From: Clostridia bacterium
Lineage (GTDB): Bacteria > Bacillota > Clostridia > CAKSNL01 > HGM11501
Assembly (NCBI GenBank): GCA_045588365.1
Contig: JAZNEB010000003.1
Location: 17,004-81,003 of the forward strand
Direction of reading: 5' to 3'
Length of the DNA stretch: 64,000 nucleotides
Positions within the stretch are counted from its first letter, which is position 1; each line of letters opens with the position of its first letter. The notes under the pieces were generated by a model, which was given only the letters and a program-made list of their open reading frames with translations, searched no databases and was not told where the DNA came from. The position numbers were made by a program, and so were the translations under genes. Positions 37,997-45,925 of this stretch are shown here, in pieces.

Positions 37997-38842
37997 ATGA
38001 GAGAGAGATTAGCATTATACACCATCCCTTACAAGGGAATAAAGTCCTTTTTTGAAATGGTTGACATTGCCAAGGAGCACGGACTTTCCAAGCTTGAGAT
38101 ATTAAACCATCTGGAGCTTACAACTCCCGATATTGAGTTTGCAAAAAAGCTTAAGGAATACGCCGACGAAAAGGGAATTACCTTCCCCTGCGTATCCGTG
38201 GGAATTCAGCTTATGACAGAAGACCCCACAAAGAGAATTGAGGCACTTAAAAAATATGCGGAGATTGCGGCAATTTTAGGCTCGCCCTATCTTCATCATA
38301 CCATCGCTTTTTCCTGGGAAAATCCCGACGAGGTATATTCCCACAAGGAAGAATATTTTGCAAAAGGCATAAAGGCGGTAAGAGAGGTTTATGACTATGC
38401 CCAGTCTATCGGGGTAAGGGTTATAAACGAGGAGCAGGGCTTCATTTTCAATGGTATGGAAAACTTCAAGCAGTATATAAATGAAGTTGACAGAAACGTG
38501 GGTATGGTTGCGGACTTCGGTAATATCCAGTTTGTTGACGAGGATCTTGAGCCTATGATTTCAGAGTTTGCCGACAGAATAGTCCACGCTCACGTTAAGG
38601 ACTATCGTATGGTTAAAGAAGGGGATTATAAGGATTTGGACGGCGGCTATTTAACTCTTCACCACAATAAGGTAATTGAAACCGACCTTGGCGCAGGCTC
38701 TGTAAAAATAAAGGAAATCATAGAGGAGCTTAACAAAATCGGATACAAGGGCACAATAGCTTTAGAGGCAAAGTGCAGAACCAGAGAAGACGGAGACATT
38801 TTGGAGCAGAACATTCTCTTTATGGAAGAATTGCTTAAGTAA
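37997..38842 (+). CDS. Sugar phosphate isomerase/epimerase (AP endonuclease 2 TIM barrel)
   Basis: DFGN, HAHVKD, GYKGTIALE. Confidence 0.85.
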   Translation: MRERLALYTIPYKGIKSFFEMVDIAKEHGLSKLEILNHLELTTPDIEFAKKLKEYADEKGITFPCVSVGIQLMTEDPTKRIEALKKYAEIAAILGSPYLHHTIAFSWENPDEVYSHKEEYFAKGIKAVREVYDYAQSIGVRVINEEQGFIFNGMENFKQYINEVDRNVGMVADFGNIQFVDEDLEPMISEFADRIVHAHVKDYRMVKEGDYKDLDGGYLTLHHNKVIETDLGAGSVKIKEIIEELNKIGYKGTIALEAKCRTREDGDILEQNILFMEELLK

Positions 38843-38844
38843 TA

Positions 38845-38882
38845 AAAAAATAAGCCTTACCTTTCGGTAAGGCTTATTTTTT
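38845..38882. terminator. Rho-independent terminator
   Basis: AAAAAATAAGCCTTACC-TTTC-GGTAAGGCTTATTTTTT. Confidence 0.88.
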
Positions 38883-38892
38883 ATGCCCGGGA

Positions 38893-39118
38893 GCCAAACG
38901 CTTTGTTGCATTTGGCGTTTATGTAGAGCGTTAAAAGAAGATAAAAGTAGCCGAAAAAATGTCTTACGACCTTTCGCCGACTTAAGCTCCTCGGCACTTG
39001 GTGCCTGCGGAGTTTCGCTGGCTGGGGCTAATTCGCATTTTTCTGTTGTAACGTCCTCTGCCTTGAACGGCTACGGACGTTATCGAAGTGCCAACCACTT
39101 TGTTGTGTTTGGCACTTC
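38893..39118. other. Structured non-coding element bounded by two related hairpins
   Basis: GCCAA.C.CTTTGTTG..TTTGGC at 38893 and 39090, plus internal hairpins. Confidence 0.55.
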
Positions 39119-39119
39119 T

Positions 39120-39126
39120 TGTCGAA
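39120..39126 (+). promoter_or_regulatory. Spo0A (0A) box upstream of spo0A
   Basis: TGTCGAA matches TGNCGAA; TTGCAA-17-TAAAAT promoter follows. Confidence 0.55.
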
Positions 39127-39255
39127 CGAAATTGGTAAAAAATGGAAAAAACTTCTTGCAAAAATTGGTAATTTATGGTAAAATGCAATTAGGACAAGGA
39201 AAGAATAAAAAACAGAAGAAAAATGAAATTAAATGAAGAAAGGATTTGTAAGAAA

Positions 39256-40026
39256 ATGAGTGAAAAGGTAAAGGTTTTGGTAATTGACGACAACAAGGAG
39301 ATTGAGGAAGGAATAAGAGGCTACATAGAGAGCAAAGGGGAAACGGAAATTGAGCTTCTGGGCTTTGCCCAGAATGGTAAAGAAGGACTTGAGAAAATAA
39401 GCCTCCTTTCTCCCGATGCCATAATACTTGATATAGTAATGCCCGTAATGGACGGAATCGGTGTTTTAAAGGCCCTTTCAAAATGTGCGAAGAAGCCTGC
39501 AATAGTGGTGCTTTCCGCCCTTTCGGGAGAATATGTTTCAAATATGGTGTCCTTATACGGAGCAGACTATTATATGACCAAGCCTGCATCTTATGAAACT
39601 TTGTTTGAAAGAGTAAAAATGCTTTGTAACAGCTTTTCCTATAAAAAGGAAGACAATATAAAAGAAGATGAGAACCGCCTGGAATTAAAGGTAACAGGTG
39701 TAATTCACGATGTGGGAATTCCTGCCAATATAAAGGGCTATCAGTATTTAAGAGATGCCATTATGATGACGGTTCACGACAATGAGCTTATGCATGCTGT
39801 TACAAAACAGCTTTATCCCATGGTTGCAAAAAGACATAAAACCACGGCGTCAAGAGTGGAAAGAGCTATACGCCACGCCATTGAGGTTGCCTGCACCAGA
39901 GGAAATGAGGAGTTTTTCTACAAGCTTTTCGGCTATACCGTAAGCACATTAAAGGGAAAGCCCACAAATTCGGAATTCATCGCCTTAATTGCAGATAAAT
40001 TAAGACTTGAAAAGAATATAGGATAA
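39256..40026 (+). CDS. spo0A: Sporulation master regulator Spo0A
   Basis: Receiver LDIVMP; [16 protein letters not shown]; [14 protein letters not shown]; KPTNSEFIA. Confidence 0.98.
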   Translation: MSEKVKVLVIDDNKEIEEGIRGYIESKGETEIELLGFAQNGKEGLEKISLLSPDAIILDIVMPVMDGIGVLKALSKCAKKPAIVVLSALSGEYVSNMVSLYGADYYMTKPASYETLFERVKMLCNSFSYKKEDNIKEDENRLELKVTGVIHDVGIPANIKGYQYLRDAIMMTVHDNELMHAVTKQLYPMVAKRHKTTASRVERAIRHAIEVACTRGNEEFFYKLFGYTVSTLKGKPTNSEFIALIADKLRLEKNIG

Positions 40027-40158
40027 GAAAAAAGCCTTTGTGCCGAAGCACAAAGGTTTTTTTATCACAAAAAAATTAGAGTTTTATAAGTAATCAATTT
40101 AAAAGGGGAGGTTATGTTGACTAAAAGCATTAAAAATGATAATATAATCTAAAAAAGC

Positions 40159-40599
40159 CTCCCTTGTGTAAAGGGAGGGGGACCACCGAAGGTGGTGGAG
40201 GGATTGTAATGGAATATAAGCACAATAAAGAAATTGTACCGCTTGCAAAGATACTCCGAAAGAATATGACAAAGGAAGAAAAGCATCTTTGGTATGATTA
40301 CTTAAGAGAATACCCCGTTAGGTTTATAAGACAGAAAGTTATAAGAAAGTATATTGTTGATTTTTACTGTGCCAAAGCAAAGCTTGTTGTTGAATTGGAT
40401 GGATCCGGGCATTATGACGATAAAGGTATAGAAAATGACGCTTTGAGAACAGGTTTTCTAGAACAATTTGGATTAAAAGTTATAAGAATATCAAATCTTG
40501 ATATAAATAAAAACTTTGAGGGAGTATGTATGTTTATTGATAATGAAATAAAACAATCCCTCAGTCAACTTCGTTGACAGCTCCCTTTACACAAGGGAG
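40159..40599. mobile_element. Candidate REP-flanked nuclease element: inverted structured ends 40159-40207 and 40553-40599
   Basis: Perfect 19-bp IR CTCCCTTGTGTAAAGGGAG / CTCCCTTTACACAAGGGAG and 10-bp IR GAGGGATTGT / ACAATCCCTC around a DUF559 gene. Confidence 0.7.
40209..40577 (+). CDS. DUF559 / Vsr-like PD-(D/E)xK endonuclease
   Basis: AKILRKNMTKEEKHLW, RQKVI..YIVDFYC..AKLVVELDGSGH, LKVIRISN. Confidence 0.92.
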   Translation: MEYKHNKEIVPLAKILRKNMTKEEKHLWYDYLREYPVRFIRQKVIRKYIVDFYCAKAKLVVELDGSGHYDDKGIENDALRTGFLEQFGLKVIRISNLDINKNFEGVCMFIDNEIKQSLSQLR

Positions 40600-40759
40600 C
40601 CTTTTTTTGTAAGTGTTGGGGTTTACAAAATTATCTTGATATTCAATAATCTTTGTGATATAATCATTATGCATAGAATTAGTTTGGCGACTATCGGAGT
40701 TTGCGTTTTTTATGCGTCTGCTTCGGTAGGCGCATTTTTTTATGGAAAGGAGGATTTTG

Positions 40760-40972
40760 ATGCCTTGGACATTATTGGTGGTGCTTTTCTGGGTGGCGTT
40801 GCTGGCTTTAGCAATATATGTATATTTCATTCCTTCAATTGTTGCAAATAACAAACAACATCCCCAAAAGACGGCTATTTTATTGTTGAACATATTTCTG
40901 GGGTGGACTTATCTTGGTTGGGTAGTTGCCCTTGTATGGGCAAATGTAAAAGAAAAGAATGAATTTAAATGA
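40760..40972 (+). CDS. Superinfection immunity protein (T4 Imm-like family)
   Basis: YFIPSIVA...H....ILLLNIFLGWT.LGWVVALVWA; SD AAAGGAGG. Confidence 0.85.
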   Translation: MPWTLLVVLFWVALLALAIYVYFIPSIVANNKQHPQKTAILLLNIFLGWTYLGWVVALVWANVKEKNEFK

Positions 40973-41214
40973 TAAGAGAAGATGAAACAGACGAAAAATT
41001 GTCCGTTTCATCTTCTCTTGATTTTTTATGTAAAAAGTCAATTTCTTCTTGTAATCTCAACAAACCAATTATTCCACAGAAAATAAAGTTATAGGTTTTT
41101 CTTCCTATAACTCGATTTTCTGTAAAACGGACTTTTCGTTGAAATCTCAGAGAGAAATTGAATTGTAAAGGCATTTTTATATGCATAATTGGTTGTGTTG
41201 TAAAGTTCCACACA

Positions 41215-41472
41215 TTATAAACAATATTAGAGATTTTATAAAACCGATTATAAAAAATGCTTGCTCTTTGATAAAAGATTGCAGAAGATTTATAAAAAAT
41301 ATTTGGAGTTTTATAAATCATTGACCGACTTTTTATAAAATTAATGCGGATATTTTATAAAAGTTGCTTGATTACTTTATAAAATCAGCATATGGGTTTT
41401 ATAATTTCTGTCCTGCCCTTTTATAAACAGTTGCCGATGTTTTATAAAAGATGGACATTTTTTTATAAAAAC
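41215..41472. repeat. Periodic array of TTTATAAA-like cores at 21-22 bp spacing
   Basis: ATAA at 41250, 41271, 41292, 41313, 41335, 41357, 41379, 41401, 41423, 41444, 41465 (also 41217, 41238). Confidence 0.8.
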
Positions 41473-41672
41473 TGTTAGAAATGCCGATTTAACAACAACA
41501 TAAACAATTTTTACCGCTTATTATATAAGTGTCATCTATAAGTGTCGGAAAATTGTAGAAGATTTTCCGACACCATTATTTTTGTTGATTTCACCCCCTA
41601 AAAAGTATAGTTTTTTAGAAAAATTAATAAGTATAAGGGGGTGGTAAATGGTCAAAAGTGTTGGAGTATAAT

Positions 41673-42125
41673 TCATATTTGATTATTCAAAACAGTTGCC
41701 ATTATTAAGATTATTATATATATTAAGTACATATATTTTTTAGCAAGTTGTTTTTCAATAATGCAGACATAATTTTTATCAAGAAAAAAATCTATTAAAA
41801 AGAATAGACAATATAGAGTAATAGCTACAAATAAAGGTATAGACAAAACATTGTATTCAAATGCAGTTTTAAAATCAAAATTTAAGATTGATATGAACCC
41901 TCTTGTCATACCACAACCAAAACAAGAAATACCAAAAATGCTTTTTATAGGGCATAAAGACACAGAAAAAATCTTTGTTAAAAAGACCAATATAACAAAA
42001 AAGACAAACCCTACACTCAAAGAATGTAAGGTGTGTCTTTTTATTTTTGATAGTTGTTTGTATTTAGACCAAAGGATACCCATAACTATCTCTAAAACCA
42101 CCAGACAAGATAGAAATAAGGTCAA
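41673..42125 (-). CDS. DUF2752 family membrane protein (true start may be near 42083)
   Basis: CPIKSIFGISCFGCGMTRGF signature. Confidence 0.85.
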   Translation of the reverse strand: MTLFLSCLVVLEIVMGILWSKYKQLSKIKRHTLHSLSVGFVFFVILVFLTKIFSVSLCPIKSIFGISCFGCGMTRGFISILNFDFKTAFEYNVLSIPLFVAITLYCLFFLIDFFLDKNYVCIIEKQLAKKYMYLIYIIILIMATVLNNQI

Positions 42126-42507
42126 TTATTGTTCCGATTGCACATAAACCATATGTAAAGAAATGCAAAACACCACTACCTACTTTTCCAACATACATTC
42201 TGTGAAGACCACCAAGACCAAAGAAACCTAAAATACATAAAATCAATGCAACCATTTTACTCTTTCTAGGACCAAATCCAAAACCACCATTGAGATTAGT
42301 ATTGGTGTTTGTGCTTTCATTTGAATTAGTAATATTAATAGTTGGTTGACCCCCACTTGATTGTTTTGCCTCATCAAGGACATTGCCAAGGTCATCTTTA
42401 CAATACATTCTTCCTTTTACTTCTACAAGACAATCTTTGCAGAATGGTTTGCCACAGTATGCACACATTCCTTGTGCATCAATTTCTGGGTGATTAGTAC
42501 ATTTCAT
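42064..42507 (-). CDS. B-box-like zinc finger plus TM2 domain protein
   Basis: CTNHP....CAYCGKPFCKDC; KSKMVALILC...GGLHRMYVGK...IDLISI. Confidence 0.88.
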   Translation of the reverse strand: MKCTNHPEIDAQGMCAYCGKPFCKDCLVEVKGRMYCKDDLGNVLDEAKQSSGGQPTINITNSNESTNTNTNLNGGFGFGPRKSKMVALILCILGFFGLGGLHRMYVGKVGSGVLHFFTYGLCAIGTIIDLISILSGGFRDSYGYPLV

Positions 42508-42794
42508 TTTTTATCTCCTCCGTTTTTATCTTCTTCTGATAAATAATTTTTAACTTTATAAAATATTGACCTAGCCACAAAAAGAACAGTTATTCCAACA
42601 ACAACACAACTAATGAAACCACCTAATATTAAGACAGGTATCATATTAGAAAAATTAAGGTTTTCAAAATCAAACAATGTTGTATTAGAAGAACCGACTA
42701 AAAGGGCAATGCCAACAGTCAATACTACACAAATTACAGACAAAATAATCAATAGCATAATTTGTGAAAAAAATGACTTGTTTTTCAAGCTCAT
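42504..42794 (-). CDS. Hypothetical two-TM membrane protein
   Basis: SD AGGAGG; stop overlaps the start of the TM2 gene. Confidence 0.7.
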   Translation of the reverse strand: MSLKNKSFFSQIMLLIILSVICVVLTVGIALLVGSSNTTLFDFENLNFSNMIPVLILGGFISCVVVGITVLFVARSIFYKVKNYLSEEDKNGGDKK

Positions 42795-42938
42795 CGCCTC
42801 CTGTTATGACATATTATAACAGAAATCTACATAACTGTCAATAGAAAATACAGATTTTAGTTAATGTTTTAAGATTTTGTATTCTGTTAATGATAAGTGT
42901 GTAGTGTTAAAATTAAAATAAAGGTAGGTGTTAATGTT

Positions 42939-43277
42939 TTGAACTATGAATTATTAGGAAACCAGATTAGGAAACAAAGAAAAGAGAAAAAATATACATT
43001 GGAGCAATTAGCAGAGAAATTGGATGTCTCAACTACTTTTATAGGACAAATAGAAAGAGCAAAAGGAATACCTTCGCTTGAAACATTGGTAAAGATTGCA
43101 AATGTTCTTGAAATATCAATAGACAGTTTGCTTTTTGGAGATTTGAATAACAAATCTGGAAGCAACCATTTTGTGAAGAAAGTTGCAGAATTAACACAAA
43201 CCTTTACACCTAAAGAAAAGGAACTATTGTTAAGAAATATAGAAATAATCAATGAGTATAGGAACAATGCTAAATAA
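42939..43277 (+). CDS. XRE family HTH transcriptional regulator
   Basis: TLEQLAEKLDVSTTFIGQIERA..PSLETLVKIA. Confidence 0.9.
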   Translation: MNYELLGNQIRKQRKEKKYTLEQLAEKLDVSTTFIGQIERAKGIPSLETLVKIANVLEISIDSLLFGDLNNKSGSNHFVKKVAELTQTFTPKEKELLLRNIEIINEYRNNAK

Positions 43278-43438
43278 GGCATTGTTTTTTCTTTTTAAAA
43301 GTGTAAAATCAATTTTTCTGCGTAATCTCAACAAAAAAATTATTCCACAGAAAATAAAGTTATAGGTTTTTCTTCTATAAATTGACATGGCAAAAAAAAT
43401 ATGTTATAATAATTAAATTAAAAAAGGAGGGCGTTTTT

Positions 43439-43990
43439 ATGAACAAAGAAATAAACGAAATTGCGGAAAGATTAAAAGGGCTTCGTGAAGCCTGCGGATA
43501 CACCGTGGAAGAACTTTGCAGTGAGCTCTCCTTCGATGTTGAGCTCTATAAAAAATATGAAGAATCGGGAGAGGACATTCCCATAAGCACCATTTATGCC
43601 ATTGCCAATAAATTCGGGGTGGACTTTGCAGAGATTATAACCGGCCGTTCTGCCAGACTTAACACCTATCAGGTGGTCCGCCGTGGGGAGGGCGAGGACA
43701 TAAAGCGCTATCCCGGCTATCATTTTGAGGATCTGGCATTCCGCTATGTGGGAAAGATTATGCAGCCCTTACTGGTAACATTGGAGCCGTCAGATGAGCC
43801 TGCCGCACTGGTAAGTCATTCCGGACAGGAATTCAATATGGTTTTAGAGGGACAGATTGAGCTTGTTTTTGACGATAATTCAATTATCTTAAATCCCGGG
43901 GACTGTATCTATTTTAATCCAACCCATAAGCACGGACAGCGTTGCTATGGAGACGTTAAGGCAAGATTTTTAACTGTAATTGCCGAGTAG
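43439..43990 (+). CDS. XRE-family regulator with cupin domain
   Basis: HTH N-terminus; HSGQEF..VLEG; GDCIYFN...HG. Confidence 0.9.
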   Translation: MNKEINEIAERLKGLREACGYTVEELCSELSFDVELYKKYEESGEDIPISTIYAIANKFGVDFAEIITGRSARLNTYQVVRRGEGEDIKRYPGYHFEDLAFRYVGKIMQPLLVTLEPSDEPAALVSHSGQEFNMVLEGQIELVFDDNSIILNPGDCIYFNPTHKHGQRCYGDVKARFLTVIAE

Positions 43991-43999
43991 GAGGATATT

Positions 44000-45661
44000 A
44001 TGCTTGAAAAATTTTTACCGAGAACCGAGTTTGAATCCTACGAGGATTTTAAAGCTAACTATAAAGTAACATACCCCGATAATTTCAATTTCGGCTTTGA
44101 TATAGTTGACGGCTGGGCAGAAGAAAAGGGCGACAACAGAGCACTTTTATGGTGCAACGATAATGGGGAAGAGATAGTTTTTACATATAAGGATATGAGC
44201 CGCCTTTCATCAAAGGCAGCAAACTATTTTAAGTCTCTTGGGCTTAAAAAGGGCGATGTTGCCATTTTAATTCTTCGCCGTCGCTGGGAATACTGGGTTT
44301 CGGCAGTGGGTCTTATGAAGCTTGGTGTAACCTTTATTCCGGCAACTCTTCAGCTTACCAAAAAGGACATTGCCTACAGGGCAAATGCCTCCGGGGCATC
44401 AATGATTATTTCCATTAAGGACGATTATGTAAACGAGCAGATTAATCTTGCCAGAAGTGAAATGCCCGGGGTTTCGCACTATTTAATGGTGGGAGACAGT
44501 GAAAAGGAAGGCTGGATAAATTTCAATAAGGAATTTATGAAGGAAAGCGAAGTTTTTCCCCGAACGGAAAATTCCGCAGGCGGAAAAGACATTATGCAGA
44601 TATATTTCACTTCCGGAACAACGGGTATGCCCAAGATGGTTATGCATAACTATCTGCATCCCCTGGGACATATCGTAACCGCAAAATACTGGCAGAGAGT
44701 TGAAGAAAACAAGCTTCATATGAGCGTTTCAGACTCGGGCTGGGCTAAGTTCGGCTGGGGTAAAATCTACGGTCAGTGGATTTGCGGAGCCACCATTTTC
44801 TGCTATGATATGGATAAGTTTATACCGAAAAATCTTCTTTCCGTTATGGAAAAATATAAGCTCACCACCTTCTGTGCACCTCCTACTATGTATCGCTTTA
44901 TGCTTCAGGAGGACGTTAAGAGCTTTGATTTATCCTCAGTTAAAAACTGGGCAACAGCAGGAGAGCCTTTAAATCCGGAAGTATTTAACCGTTGGAAGGA
45001 AGTTACCGGCGGAGAAATCAAAACCGGCTTCGGACAGACCGAAGGCACAGTTCTTCTGGCGGACTTTCAGTGGTTCCCGCCTGTGCCCGGTGCTATGGGC
45101 AAGCCTTCGCCCATATATGACCTTCGTCTGTTCAATGAAGCAGGTGAAGAGTGTCAGAAGGGTGAAGAGGGAGAAATTGTTATATGCGATGTTATAAACA
45201 ATCCTCCAGTTGGTCTTTTTGTAGGCTATTATAAAAATGAAGAGCAGACTAAGGAGGCAATGGGCAGCGGAGACTATAACTTAAAGGACGTTGCCTGGGC
45301 CGATAACGACGGATATTTCTATTTTGTAGGAAGACACGATGACGTTATAAAGTGTTCGGGCTACAGAATAGGCCCCTTTGAGGTTGAAAGTGCCTTAATC
45401 GAGCATCCTGCTGTTTTGGAGTGTGCCATAACCGCAGCTCCCGACCCCGTAAGAGGACAGGTAGTAAAGGCAACGGTTGTTCTGACCAAGGGATATACTC
45501 CCTCTGATGAGCTTGTTGCTGAGCTTCAGAATCACGTTAAAAAGGCAACCGCTCCCTACAAATATCCCAGAATAGTTGAATTTGTGTCAGAGCTTCCTAA
45601 GACCGTTGGCGGCAAAATCAAGCGTGCTCAGATAAGAAAAGAAAGCGGCGAAAATAAATAA
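44000..45661 (+). CDS. AMP-forming acyl/acetyl-CoA synthetase
   Basis: YFTSGTTGMPK, GFGQTE, GRHDDVIK.SGYRIGP, LPKTVGGKI. Confidence 0.92.
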   Translation: MLEKFLPRTEFESYEDFKANYKVTYPDNFNFGFDIVDGWAEEKGDNRALLWCNDNGEEIVFTYKDMSRLSSKAANYFKSLGLKKGDVAILILRRRWEYWVSAVGLMKLGVTFIPATLQLTKKDIAYRANASGASMIISIKDDYVNEQINLARSEMPGVSHYLMVGDSEKEGWINFNKEFMKESEVFPRTENSAGGKDIMQIYFTSGTTGMPKMVMHNYLHPLGHIVTAKYWQRVEENKLHMSVSDSGWAKFGWGKIYGQWICGATIFCYDMDKFIPKNLLSVMEKYKLTTFCAPPTMYRFMLQEDVKSFDLSSVKNWATAGEPLNPEVFNRWKEVTGGEIKTGFGQTEGTVLLADFQWFPPVPGAMGKPSPIYDLRLFNEAGEECQKGEEGEIVICDVINNPPVGLFVGYYKNEEQTKEAMGSGDYNLKDVAWADNDGYFYFVGRHDDVIKCSGYRIGPFEVESALIEHPAVLECAITAAPDPVRGQVVKATVVLTKGYTPSDELVAELQNHVKKATAPYKYPRIVEFVSELPKTVGGKIKRAQIRKESGENK

Positions 45662-45732
45662 AAATAAAAAGTCAAGGTTAACCCTTGACTTTTTTGTCGT
45701 ATTGTGTTATACTGCATCTAATTAAATACCCG

Positions 45733-45843
45733 TTGAAGCTTTCAGGATAAAACTGGAAGTCTAGGGAACTCTGGAGAATCTCATTTTTTGGGTGCCGAAG
45801 GGGCAAGGCCAAGGCCGAAACTCTCAGGCAAAAGGACAGAGCG
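45733..45843 (+). promoter_or_regulatory. Glycine riboswitch (single aptamer with upstream ghost hairpin)
   Basis: CTCTGGAGA...GCCGAAGGGGCAA...AAACTCTCAGGCAAAAGGACAGAG upstream of an Ala/Gly symporter. Confidence 0.9.
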
Positions 45844-45925
45844 AAAAAGATTTACTTTTACGTCTTTTTTCTTTGGAGTTATGGGTGTTTAATCCATAAC
45901 TTATTTTTTTGGGAGGAAAAAACTC

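Larger units (their letters stand above)
41030..43380. mobile_element. AT-rich 2.3-kb islet bounded by approximately 75-bp direct repeats (about 41030-41110 and 43302-43380)
   Basis: 38-bp identical core AATTATTCCACAGAAAATAAAGTTATAGGTTTTTCTTC at 41067 and 43338. Confidence 0.7.

Noticed and set aside
38883-39236. ORF 38883-39236, or RNase P / 6S / SRP RNA identity
   Set aside because: No SD or family motif for the ORF; signature sequences of those RNAs were not found by eye.
41067-41104. dif / Xer site or integron attC
   Set aside because: No convincing dif consensus; the RYYYAAC and GTTRRRY boxes are imperfect and no integron integrase is present.
40965-41321. 118-aa FYK-repeat ORF
   Set aside because: By-product of the 21-bp part of the periodic array; the adjoining 22-bp units break the frame and there is no SD.
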